Of a stretch of 64,000 nt of DNA, positions 47,450 to 58,507 are shown in pieces. Every line of letters begins with the position of its first letter. Position 1 is the stretch's first letter. The translations under genes and the position numbers were made by a program. Location: NCBI GenBank assembly GCA_030390025.1, contig CM059430.1:74462001-74526000 (forward strand), read 5' to 3'. Source of the stretch: Squalus acanthias (lineage: Eukaryota). The notes under the pieces are model-generated. The model ran no database searches, was not told the DNA's origin, and was given only the letters and a program-made list of their open reading frames with translations.

Positions 47450-49729
47450 CTTTCTGCCTCACAGGCTTCCTCTTTAAACAGAAAATTGTAAGGAAAAAAT
47501 GGAAAGAGTTTTTAAAGTAACTTTAATAAAGTGAGTGGCTATAAAATCAGGTCGGGCTAAGGTGGGAAACGTGCGGTATCGGATTGGGAACACGTCTACC
47601 CGCCTCACGGCCCGAGATGATTTTCCAGAACTGTAACATTTTCAGAAAGTCATGCATACATATATACATACATACTTACTTACTTAAAGGAATATAATTG
47701 ATGATCATTTTCTTTTTTTAAACTTTTTGATCTGTAAATAGTTCATTTTTAAAAAGTCATTTTCACATTTAAGACAAAAACTAATTCAATAGGCCTTGTA
47801 CACACCCACAGTTGCTAGACTCCTCCAAATGGTCAAAACCCGTTTTAAAAGTTTTTTTAAAATTGTAAACTTAGCTCAGACTTAATTAAATAAACTTTGC
47901 TGCCTTTCAGATTTAAAAATGTTCACTTTAGTAGCCGCACTGCTGAAAGATTTCTTCCTCCTGCTGGCTCCGGAGCTTTCCAAGGTGGTTTACTCTTGCT
48001 TTTTACAAGTGTAATTGCTGCGAGCTTACACACACAAACCATTGATAAAAAAAAGCCAAGTTCATTGCACACGCGCAGACTCTCTGGCGCACGCGATTCA
48101 ACGAACACACCTTTACTTGAAGCCACCGGACGTGCCGGTTTCCGGCGCATGCGCAGTGCATGCAGGAAACCGGCACTTCGGGAACGAAAACGGGTGAGTA
48201 AGCCGCGGGTACTCACCCGAGAACGGCCGAATTTTTGGGCCAGTATAATAAATTGCAAGAAGTACAAGTAAATAACTTGTTCACCTAGAAGGGGTGTTTG
48301 GGGCCCTGGACAGTTGAAAGGGGGGAGGTATAATCGCATGTGTTGCATCTCCTGCTCATGCACGTGAAGATGGCGGGCGAAGGGGTAGGTGTGATGGGAG
48401 TGATAGAGGAGTGGACCAGGGTGTCGCGGAGTGAGTAGTCCCTTCAGAATGCTGAAAGGGGAGATGAGGGGAAGATGTGTTTGATGGAGGGATCAAGCTG
48501 GACGTAGCAGAAATGGTGGAGGATGATCCGTTGAAAGAGGAGGTTGGTGGGGTGAAAGGTGAGGACAAGGGGAAACCTATCGTGGTTCCGGGAGGGAGTG
48601 GCAGGGTTAAGCACAGAAGTTCGGGAGATAGAATGGACACAGTCAAGGGCCGTGTCAACCACAGTTGTGGGAAATCCTTGGTTGAGGAAAAAGGAAGAAA
48701 TGTCGGAACCACTGGTATGAAAGGTGGCATCGTCAGAGCAGTTGCGGCGGAGACGGAGAAACTGGGAGAATATCAATGTCAATTTCGATATCAATGTGTG
48801 TGCAACAGATTCGAATGCCTTGGCCAGGTCCAGGAAAACCACAGCCAGTTATGTTCGGTTGTTTTCCGCTCCTTTTATAATTTTTTGGATTATGGCTATG
48901 TTCGATGACCTCAAGGTGCTGCCGCTAAGAAGCCGTTGCGTCTGAGATTTAACCTGATACCTTAACCTTTATGTGATGATTTTGGTAACTGGACGGAGCA
49001 GTATGCGGTCTAATGTTATTGGTCTCCAGTTATCTAAGCTTTTGAGGAGCTCTGGGTCTTCTGATTTAGGGATAAGCAATGTGCCACGTTATTCATACTA
49101 TCCAGAATGGTTTCTGGGGGAAGGCGTAATTTATTATTTTCTCGTTCCTTTATTTAGCATGCTGTTGCCATTCATGATGGCTTAGCCCACTGTGTGTGTT
49201 AATTGTCTTGTGACGAATTGTGCATTGATAATCTTCTACTGGGTCAGACTCCGAACTCTTTTTACATTTGCCATAGTGGCAGGCGGTGGCGTGGTAATCG
49301 CCTTTTTGTTACATTGAGTATAATGGTTGATTAAGTTTGAAGAATTACATTCTATTTTTTTAATGAACTAAGGGGTAAAAATTAGGTCGCGCCCCGTTTG
49401 GGGCACAAATAAAGTCTGGACGCAAATATTAGCACCTGGCGCTAATTATCGCCACTGACTGGAAACTTCACTTTTACCGCCCCGGGAGGTGAGTGGAGCA
49501 CTAAATCAGGCGCTGCACACGTGTCTTAAGGCGCAAATGCTGAGCAGTGAGGCGCTAACTCAGCGCGCAAGCGCAGCACAGGTGCTGCCAGTTAGCGAGG
49601 GAACACAGACACACTGGCGCCGGCCAGTTCTTAAAGCGGGTGGGCCAACTTGCTCCCCAGCCACACCCTGCACATTGCAGCCTTGAATCTCGGCCTGGAG
49701 AGACCTGTGAATCCATTTTGCTGCCAAGG

Positions 49730-51603
49730 ATGGAGAGGGTGAGAGAACGAGCTCAGCGCTTCACCGAGTGGGCCTTGGATGCTCTGGTTGGCGTGGTGGA
49801 GCACAGAAGATGTATACTCTTCCCTGAGAGTGGCAGGAGGCCTTTGCCACGCGAGTACAGAAGAGTGTGGAGGGAGGTGGCTCAGAGCGTCTCCTCCAGG
49901 AGCATGGTGCCCAGGACCCATGTTCAATGCCGGAAAAAGTTCAACGACCTCACTCGGGTCGTCAGGGTGAGTGGCTTTTTCTCAATACCTCTCCATCCCT
50001 CCATCTCAACCTCACTCTATGGCCAGAGGGTCTTAAAACCCTAATGCACAACACTCATCCAACACCTATGGCCCTTTCATGAAACACACAAACACATTCC
50101 ACACTTTGCATACAGTAAGGGCTATTCACCTATGGGAGGCACATCAGGCAAGACCATGGCTGTATACAGTAAGGGCTATTCACCTATGGGAGGCACATCA
50201 GGCAAGACCATGGCTGTATACAGTAAGGGCTATTCACCTATGGGAGGCACATCAGGCAAGACCATGGCTGTATATTTACTCAGATGCTGTCCTTTTTCTT
50301 GCAGGCCAAGCTGGCGCATAATAGGAGACAGCAGCAACGGACAGGTGTTGGGCGGCCTCAGCTGCAACCCCTCAGCGATCTTGAGGAGCGCGTCCACAGG
50401 ATTGTGGCAAGCCGGGTGATCGGTCCCGTCACCACTGGAGACGCCGACCCCGTTCTGGACAGCAATGGTAAGGTCATCACCTTTTTGTCCTCTGTCCTTC
50501 CACTTGTCCCTCACAACACCAGCCTTTTACCCTTTCAATCCAACTTACTAACTCGCTGCACTTATTCCTCCCTTACTGCCACCTTGTCCTCACGCTAAAG
50601 TCACTCTTGTACCTCCCTGCTTTCAGATGGTGATTCACCAGCTGAGGAGACGGGCCCTGAAGCTGCCAGTGGGAGTGAAGCTGCAGCCGAGGAGGAAGAG
50701 GAAGCCGGAGCATCAGTGCCACCCTCTCCCGTTGAAGCCCATGCCCACACTGGGAACACGCCTTCCCTGGAGGGGAGCAGGGGGGAAGGGTCTGATGAGG
50801 GTGAAGCTCCAGGACCCAGCGGACTGCAGCAACGCCATGGGGGTAGGGAAGAACGGGGGCCTTCTCCCCAGAGGGAGAGTATGCCAGCGACTCCTACTGC
50901 AATGGACGCAGAGGAGGAGCGGCTGATCGCAGAAATGAACACCCAGGCGGTGGGCATGCACACTGAGCTCGTGGGTGCCGTGGGAAGGGTGCCCGAATGC
51001 CTTGAGTCACTGGCAAGGAGTGTGGAGCACTTCGCTGTAGCACAGGCGGATGCCACACTAACGCTTAGTGCTGCAATTCAGTCACTGACTGCCGTGATCC
51101 CATCTCTGACTGCTCTCATGCAGACTCAGATTGAGGCCACGCGAGCACTGACTGCTGCCAACCTCTTTGGTTCGTTCACATGTCCCCGGGGCTCTCACCG
51201 CGCCGCAGCAGGCCAGCAATCTGTGCTCCAGCAGATTGCTCCGGATGCTGAAGTGCTGCCCCGTGGGAGTGCCAGTGTGTCGGGCGAGCAGGGAGTTGCT
51301 GTCCTCTCTCACGATGACAGCATTCCTGCTGCCAACACTGTCACTGCTCCACTGCACTTGCCACCGCCTGTAGGACAGACTGCTGCCGCCCATGCAGAAT
51401 TGGTGCAGTCTGCAGCCGGGCCCTCCAGGCCCAGAACTGGTCGAGGCCGTCCTTCAGGGGCATCTGCAGTGTCAGGGTCTGACAATCAGCAGCCTTCCAG
51501 CAGCCTTGCTGCAGCCACTGAGGTCCCATTACGGAGGAGCAGTAGGGTCAGAAGGGGGGAAGTGCGCAAGGGAAGGAGATCACCCTCGAATGGCAAAAAG
51601 TAG
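49730..51603 (+). CDS. Harbinger family B Myb/SANT-like DNA-binding protein, 3 exons (49730-49966, 50305-50467, 50627-51603), 458 aa
   Basis: RERAQRFTEWALDALVGVV..WREVAQSVS..RTHVQCRKKFNDL; GT-AG introns (AGG|GTGAGT, ttcttgcag|, G|GTAAGG, ctttcag|); 237+163+977=1377 nt open; basic NLS-like C-terminus. Confidence 0.88.
50111..50272. repeat. Perfect 54-bp tandem triplication in Myb-gene intron 1
   Basis: tacagtaagggctattcacctatgggaggcacatcaggcaagaccatggctgta x3. Confidence 0.95.
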
Positions 51604-51915
51604 GAGATGTGACAAAATGCTGCTCATTTTTTTATTAAAGGCCGAGGTTCGTGGTCCAACTTTTGTCTAGTGTTTTGAACATTATCTCCAGGTTGTGAGA
51701 ACCAGTTATGTTAATGACTGTTTTTTTGTGTTTATTTCTATGAGTTTGTCATGAGGAAATGACACACACAGAGTTTGTAAAATAAATAAGTTTCTGTATT
51801 CAAAATATACATGTTTGATGTTTGGAATCATTGGTGCCTTGGCCGGCTTAGGGGTTGCGTGCTGGGTTCATTGATGTTGTTAGCAATGGCAGAAGCCATT
51901 TCCACAGCAGGGGCC

Positions 51916-53076
51916 CTAGAAGCGGCTTGCTATCAGCCGTTGACGGACGGCCCTTGCAGTTTCACCATTGTGGGCCGACCTCCCGCCTTGGTGCTGCTGA
52001 TGATCATCCTCCTCGTCCTCTTCCTCCTCTTCCTCCTCCTCCTCTGGTGTTGCTCCAAGGCCTGGTGGCATTGGCTGGGTCCTGACGATTGCCATGTTAT
52101 GCAACATGCAGCACACAACTACGAAGTTGGATACACGCTCAGGCGAGTACTGCAGGGCTCCTCCAGAATGGTCGAGACAGCGGAACCGTTGCTTCAGCAC
52201 GCCGATTGTGCGCTCAATTTTGTTCCTGGTAGCTTGATGGCTCTCGTTGTACCGCAGCTCAGCAGGGGTGTTGGGCGTACGGAGCGGTGTCATCAGCCAG
52301 GTGCTCAATGGATACCCCTTGTCCCCGAGAAGCGAACCAACTGGCTGATGCGGTGCACCGAAAAGTTCTGCCAAAGTAGTCTGGCACAGGATGAAAGCAT
52401 CGTGGCAGCTGCCAGGATAGTGGGCATTGACAGCGAGTATCAGCTGTCTGTGGTCACAGACCAACTGAACATTCAAGGAATGGAACCCCTTTCTGTTCCG
52501 GAATTCCTCGGCATTCTCATGTGGAGCACGCAAAGCCACATGCGTGCAGTCAATGGCGCCCTGCAGCATGGGGAAGCCCGCTATCCTCGCAAAGCCCAGA
52601 GCGCGGTCACGCTGCTTGTCTGGGGTCATGGGGAAAGAGATGAACTCTCGTCTCCTTTTAAAGAGGGCGTTTGTGACCTGCCGGATGCAGCAATGCACCG
52701 CGAACTGGGAGATATTGGCGAGGTCCCCAGCAGCAGCTTGAAATGAGCCAGTAGCATAGAAGTTGAGAGCCACTGTGACCTTCACTGCCACCGACAGAGA
52801 CGTCCTGGACCTCAGTTGAGGCTGCAGATCTGGCTGCAGCAGGTGGCAGAGCTCAGTGACCACCTCCTTGCTGAATCGCAGCCTTCGCAAACACAGCTCC
52901 TCAGACATATGAATGTAGGAGAGCTGTTCACGATACACCCTGGGAGGGTAAGCTCTCCTGTACATACGCCTGTTGGCCCTCCTCCGTCTGGCCATCATTG
53001 CCACTCTCTCTCTGCATCTCTGTGTCCTCCGATTCAGCTGGAGCAGGACGACGCCCCCAATCAGTGCAGCCCCCAT
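51916..53076 (-). CDS. Harbinger DDE transposase (HARBI1-like), family B, 386 aa from the first ATG
   Basis: GAIDCTHV, FRNRKGFHSLNVQLVCD, YPGSCHDAFIL, LLGDKGYPL, IERTIGVLKQRFRCL, CCMLHN, acidic tail; no stops; TATTTAAA at 53271-53278 upstream. Confidence 0.95.
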   Translation of the reverse strand: MGAALIGGVVLLQLNRRTQRCRERVAMMARRRRANRRMYRRAYPPRVYREQLSYIHMSEELCLRRLRFSKEVVTELCHLLQPDLQPQLRSRTSLSVAVKVTVALNFYATGSFQAAAGDLANISQFAVHCCIRQVTNALFKRRREFISFPMTPDKQRDRALGFARIAGFPMLQGAIDCTHVALRAPHENAEEFRNRKGFHSLNVQLVCDHRQLILAVNAHYPGSCHDAFILCQTTLAELFGAPHQPVGSLLGDKGYPLSTWLMTPLRTPNTPAELRYNESHQATRNKIERTIGVLKQRFRCLDHSGGALQYSPERVSNFVVVCCMLHNMAIVRTQPMPPGLGATPEEEEEEEEEDEEDDHQQHQGGRSAHNGETARAVRQRLIASRF

Positions 53077-54092
53077 AGTCTCTTTGCAAGCAAAGTTATG
53101 AAGGACAGCAACCAAAGTACCAGCGAAGTTAGGATCAGTAGGCAAAACTACCTCACAAAGCGTTGGCTTAATGCAGAAGTCTCTCTTTCTCTCTCTCCGA
53201 ATCTCTCTCTCTCTCTCAGAACGAGTGGTGCAAAAATGTCAACCACAGAAAAAGACAGGAAGAGGCCCCCTTTAAATAGCGCACCTCCCCCCAGCCCCAC
53301 AGCGATTTATAGCATTCCAGTCTTCCGGTCGTTGGATGCGCCAGGCGGTAAGGCAGGGGGCGCCACTCAATTTCCGTTCCGGGGCGCCACAAGGGCGTTG
53401 CACCATGGAATGACGTCACAATCTGCGCGCGCAGGTGGTCGCAGCGGTAAAGTTTAGCGCCGCCGCACAATGTCTAGTTAAGTTCCCGAGCGGCGCAAAC
53501 ATCGCTGCGCCCGGGAGCTAGCGGCTTTGCGCCCCATTAGCGCCCTCTTAAGGCGCTAACGGGCGGTGCAACCAACTGATTTTTTACCCCTAATTGTCTT
53601 AAACATCGCTCTACAGGGAATGCTGAATCATTGGTCTATTGGCTAGTGAATATTAAGCTCGCTCTGATTCTTGAGATTATGTTTGGGTTCTATTCTAACC
53701 TTTTCGCTATCCGCACCCTCTATTGTATATATTAAATCGTCAATGTCGTGTATCTCTCTATTGGTATTTGAATTCTGATAAACGGCGGAGTTTTGAGGCC
53801 AGAATTGTGAAACGTAACCTTAGGTCTGTAATTATCATTTTCTTCATCTTTATTTCATTTCTTTAATGACCGCAATTGGTGTCCTACTGGGCACTAGAAA
53901 TGGTCGTATAAAGTCTTCCTCATTGGTTTGTATATATGTGGATTTCAGTGCTAGCCTGGCAGGAGTAGAGCTCGCGAACTCGAAGCTTTTGCGCTTCATG
54001 TACATTGTCGCTGGAGGAATGGAGACAATGTCGGGGACATTGTGCTCCCGGGCCTTGTTCCAACCTGAATGGTAACACTTGAGGGGTTGTCC

Positions 54093-54303
54093 GGGAGAGT
54101 TCTAAAGCAGCGGGAGCAGAGCGAGAGCGCCAAAACCCGGGAGAGTTCAAAAGCAGCGGGAGCAGAGCTAGAGCGCCAAAACCCGGGAGAGTTCAAAAGC
54201 AGCGGGAGCAGAGCGAGAGCGTCAAAACCCGGGAGCGTTCAAAAGTAGCGGGAGCAGAGCGCGAGCGCCAAAACCCGGGAGAGTTCAAAAGCAGCGGGAG
54301 CAG
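54093..54303 (+). repeat. 46-bp tandem monomers at the CR1 5' end, ~4.6 units
   Basis: gggagagttcaaaagcagcgggagcagagcgagagcgccaaaaccc repeated at 54093, 54139, 54185, 54230, 54276 (approx.). Confidence 0.92.
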
Positions 54304-57300
54304 GCTGAGATGCAAAGGAGCGGTGAGTGCAAAGACGTAGAAAGTAATCGGAGTGTGACGCCATGAGTATTTCTCTATTTCTCGCTTTTTTTCCAAACTT
54401 GAGCGTCTAAATTTAATTGCCTTGGTGTAGATTAAAAGATATAAGTGTTCCAAATTTTAAAACGAATTAATTAATTGAGATGAGAGACCAGGCAATGTGT
54501 TGTTGATGTTGCATGTGGGAGCTCTTGGACACGATTGAGGTCCAGGGCGACATCATCTGCAGCAAATGTTGAGTGCTCGAGGAACTTCGGCTCAGAGATA
54601 TCGAGCTGGAGTCCGAGCTTCAGACACTGCAACAAATTTGGGAGGGGTATCGTTACCTGGACACTACGTTCCAGGAGGCAGTCACATTTAATATAATTAT
54701 TACTTCAGTTTGGCCCATGGTCAGGGAAAGGAGGGTGTGACTACAAGCGAGGAAGGTACTCGGATCCAGGAGATAGTGGTGGAGGAGCCTCAGCCCTTGG
54801 CTTTGTCCAACATGTACGAGATTATTGCTCCCTGTGTGGACGAGGCCAGGGACCGCAGGTAGGATGAGTAAACTGTCCACAGCACCGTGGTACAGGGAGC
54901 CATTCAAGTGGGGGGGAGCAAAAATAAATGTTGTAGAGATTGGGGACAGTATAGTGAGGGGGTTGGATACTGTTCTGTACAGCCGAGAGCGTATGTCCCG
55001 AAGACCCTGTTGCCTGATGGTGCCAGAGTTAAGGACATCTCCTCTGCGCTGGAGAGAAACTTGGAGTGGGAGGGGGAAGATCCAGTTATCACGGTCCTTG
55101 TAGGTATCAATGACATAGGTAGGACAAAGAAAGCGGTTCTGCTGAGAGAGTATGAGCAGCTAGGGCCGAAATTAAAAAGCAGTACCACAAAGATAATAAT
55201 TTCTGGATTACTACCTGAGCCACGAGCGAATTTGCATAGGGTAAATAAGATCAGAGAAATGAACGAGTGGCTCAAAGACTGATGTGGGAGAAATAGGTTT
55301 CGATTTGTGCGGCACTGGCACCAGTACTGGGATAAGAGGGAGCTGTACCGTTTGTACGTGCGTCATTTGAACCATGCTGGGGCTAGATTCCAGGGAAATC
55401 GAATAACTAGAGCTGGAGAGAGGGCTTTAAACTAAATAGTGGGGGGAGAATCCTGGTGAGTGGGAAAATAAAAAGTCAATGAAAAATGAGAAAGCAATAG
55501 AGCAGGCTAGAGATGGGAGAAATAACAACCAGGGTGAGACAGGAAGGGACAGAATGTTTAAAAATAAGTGTGCAACAGAAAAAAAGGCCAAAACAAGGAA
55601 AAATGGTAAAAAGACAAAGTTAGAAGCTTTATATCTGAATGCATGCAGCATTCGTAACAAGATAAATGAGTTGCCGGCACAAATAGATTCAAAGGAGTTC
55701 GATCTGATCGCCATTACAGAGACGTGTTTGCAAGGCGACCAGAGCTGGGAGCTGAATATTCCAGGTATATGATAATTGGGAAGAATAGAAAGAAAAGAAA
55801 GGGTGGTGGTGTGGCTTTGTTGGTAATAGTTTGGAGGAGTGGTGAGAAGTGATATTGGCTCAGAAGATCAAGATGTAGAATCGGTTTGAGTGGAGCTAAA
55901 AAATAATAAGGGGAAAAATCTCTGGTGGGCGTAGTCTACAGGCCCCCGAACAATAGCAATGCTGTTGGACAGAGTATACATCAACAAATAATGGAGGCCT
56001 GTAAAAAGTAACGGTAATAATCATGGGTGATTTTAATCTCCATATTCATTGGACAAATCAAATTGGCCATTGTAGCCGAAAGGAGGAGTTCATAGAGTGC
56101 ATCCGCGATGTTTTCCTAGAACAGTTTGTAATGGAACCAACCAGGGAGCAGGCTATCTTGGATCTGGTACTATGTAATGAGACAGAATTAATAAATGATC
56201 TCATAGTAAAGGATCCTCTAGGAAAGAGTGATCATAGCATGGTTCAATTTCAAATTCAGTTGGAGGGTGAGAAAGTTGTATCCCAAACCAGTGTCCTGAT
56301 CTTAAACAAAGGCAATTATAATGGCATGAGGGCAGAGCTGGCTAAAGTGGATTGGAAAAAGAAAATAAATGCTGAGAAAGTCGAAATGCAGTGACAGACA
56401 TTTAAGGAGACATTTCATAACTCTCAACAAAAATATATTTCAGTGAGAAAGAAAGATTTTAAGAGAAGGGAGCACCATCCGTGGCTAACTAAGGAAGTAA
56501 ACTATGGTAACAAATTGAAACCGAAGGCACACAATGTTGCAAAGATTGGTGGGAGACCAGAGGATAGGGACATGTTTATAATCCAGCAACGGGTGACTAA
56601 AAAACTAATAAAGAGAGAGAAAATGAATTATGAGAGTAAGCTGGCAAGAAACATTAAAACAGAGAGAAAGAGCTTCTACAGGTATATAAAAAGGAAGAGG
56701 GTAGATAAAGTAATCGTTGGTCCCTTAGAGAATGAGACTGGGGAATTAATAATGGAGAACGGGGAAATGGCAGAGACACTGAACAAATAATTTGCAACTG
56801 TCTTCACTGTAGAAGACACTAACAACATCCCAATAATGGCTAATCAAGGGGCCACAGGGAGTGGGGAACTAAAGACAATCACTATCACTTAGGAAATAGT
56901 ACTCGGTAAAATAATGTGTCTAAAAGACGGCAATCCCCTGGACCAGATGGCCTGCATCCCAGGGTCTTAAATGAAGTGGCTGCAGAGTTAGTGGATGCAT
57001 TGGTTGCAATTACCAAAATTCCCTGGATTCTAGAGAGTTCCCAGAGAATTGGAAAACCGCTAATGTAACACCCCTATTTAAGAAGAGGGAGACCGAAAGC
57101 AGAAAACTATAGACCAGTTAGCCTAACATCTGTCGTTGGGAAAATGCTGGAGTCCTTCATTAAGAAAGCAGTAGCAGGGCATTTAGACGAAACATACTGC
57201 AGTCAAACAAAGTCAGCATGGCTTTAGGAAAGAGAAATCATGTATAACAAATTTGATGGATTTCTTTGAGGATGTAACACTCAGGGTGGACAACGGTGAG

Positions 57301-58507
57301 CCAGTGGCTGTGGTGTATTTGAATTTCCAGAAGGCATTCGATAAGGTGCCACATAAAAGGTTACTGCATAAGATAAGAGCTCACGGAGTTGTGGGTAATA
57401 TATTAGCATGGATAGAGAATTGGCTAACTAAAACAAAGCAGAGATTCGGGTTAATGAGTCATTTTCTGGTTGGCAAACTGTAACTAGTCGGGTGCCACAA
57501 GGATCGGTGCTGGGGCCCCAACTATTTACAATCTACATTAATGACATGGATGAAGGGATCGAGGGTAATGTAGCCAAGTTTGCGGATGATACAAAGATGG
57601 GTGGGAAAGCAAGTTGTGCAGAGGACTCAAATAATCTGCAAAGGGATATAAACAGGCTAGGTGAGTGGGCAAACATTTGGCAGATGGAGTACAATGTGGG
57701 AAAGTGCGAGGTTATCCACTTTGGCAGGAAAAATAAAAAAGCCAACTATTATATAAATGGAGAGAGATTACAAAAAGCTACAGTTCAGAGGGACCTGGGG
57801 GTCCTTGTGCATTAAACACAAACATTTAGCATGCAGGTACAGCAATAATGAAAAAGGCAAATGGAATGTTGGCCCTTATTTCAAGGGGGTTGGAATATAA
57901 AAACAGGGAAGTCCTGCTACAAATGTACAAGGTATTGGTGAGACCACACCTTGACTACTGCGTACAGTTTTGGTCTCCTTATTTAAGGAAGGATATATTG
58001 CATTGGAGGCAGTTCAGAGACGATTCCCAAGGTTAATTCCAGAGATGAGGGATTTGACGTATGAGGATAGGTTAAGCAGGCTGGGCCTATACTCATTGGA
58101 ATTTGGAAGAATGAGAGGTGATCTTATCGAAACATATAAGATACTGAGGGGGCTCCACAGGGTAGATGCAGAGACGATGTATCCCGTCATGGGGAAATCT
58201 GGATCTCGGGGGTACAGTCTCAGGATAAAGGTTCGTCCTTTTAGAGCTGAGATGAGGAGGAACTTCTTCTCTCAGAGTGTCGTAAATTTGTGGAATTCTC
58301 AGCCCCCGAGAGCTGTGGAGGCTGGGTCATTAAATACATTTAAGTGGAGATAGAAAATGTTTTGCAAGATAAGAGAGTGAAGGGTTATGGGGAGCGGGCT
58401 GGGAAGTGGCTTTGAGCACTAGATCAGCCATGATCTTTTTGAATTGCGGAGCAACTCGAGGGCCCAAGTGGCCCATTCCTGCTCCTATTTCATATGTCTT
58501 ATGTTCT
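54093..58507 (+). mobile_element. Near full-length CR1 LINE (ORF1 zinc finger/coiled coil plus esterase; ORF2 APE endonuclease plus RT), both ORFs disrupted
   Basis: ORF1 IICSKC..LEELRLR..LESELQTL, IGDSIVRG, VGINDIG; ORF2 LYLNACSIRNK, IAITET, MGDFN, SDH, PQGSVLGP, KFADDTK; tail cctgctcctatttcatatgtcttatgttct. Absent from copy 1. Confidence 0.93.

Larger units (their letters stand above)
43646..48241. mobile_element. PIF/Harbinger transposon family A, full length (4596 bp)
   Basis: TIRs GGCACAGAAATTTG and CGAATTTTTGGGCC; flanks ACT/AGT (3-bp TSD with one mismatch); convergent Myb and transposase genes. Confidence 0.9.
42939..48783 (-). mobile_element. Penelope-like element (GIY-YIG) 3' fragment, split by a Harbinger (42939-43645 and 48242-48783)
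   Basis: HFAEHLRAVRKGDPELPVACHFN..EEQHLMFLLGTLQPSVLNIEFNNF and SQFLRLRRNCSDDATFH..FPLVLTFHP; 11-bp target duplication TTCGATATCAA (42928-42938, 48784-48794), single copy at ~7066 in copy 1. Confidence 0.88.
49372..53590. mobile_element. PIF/Harbinger transposon family B, full length (4219 bp), apparently intact
   Basis: TIR GGGGTAAAAA / TTTTTACCCC; perfect TAA TSD (49369-49371, 53591-53593); empty site aacTAAttgtg at ~9250-9260; both genes open. Confidence 0.95.
41433..54092 (-). mobile_element. R2 (A-clade) retrotransposon, paralogous decayed copy in three pieces (41433-42938, 48784-49371, 53591-54092)
   Basis: Direct homology to 5580-7070, 7065-7390 plus 9010-9255, and 9255-15398; internal deletion near 49100; RT motifs VFLDLAKAFESVAH and KGIKQGD. 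Confidence 0.85.

Noticed and set aside
46301-53145. Host HARBI1/NAIF1 domesticated genes
   Set aside because: Both transposase/Myb pairs lie between TIRs with target duplications and are absent from the paralogous unit, so they are transposon genes.
51811-53457. Long plus-strand ORFs of 311 and 213 aa
   Set aside because: Antisense shadows of the GC-rich transposase ORF with no recognisable domains.
50111-54303. Tandem repeats (54 bp, 46 bp) as CRISPR arrays
   Set aside because: Head-to-tail units without unique spacers, eukaryotic context and no cas genes.
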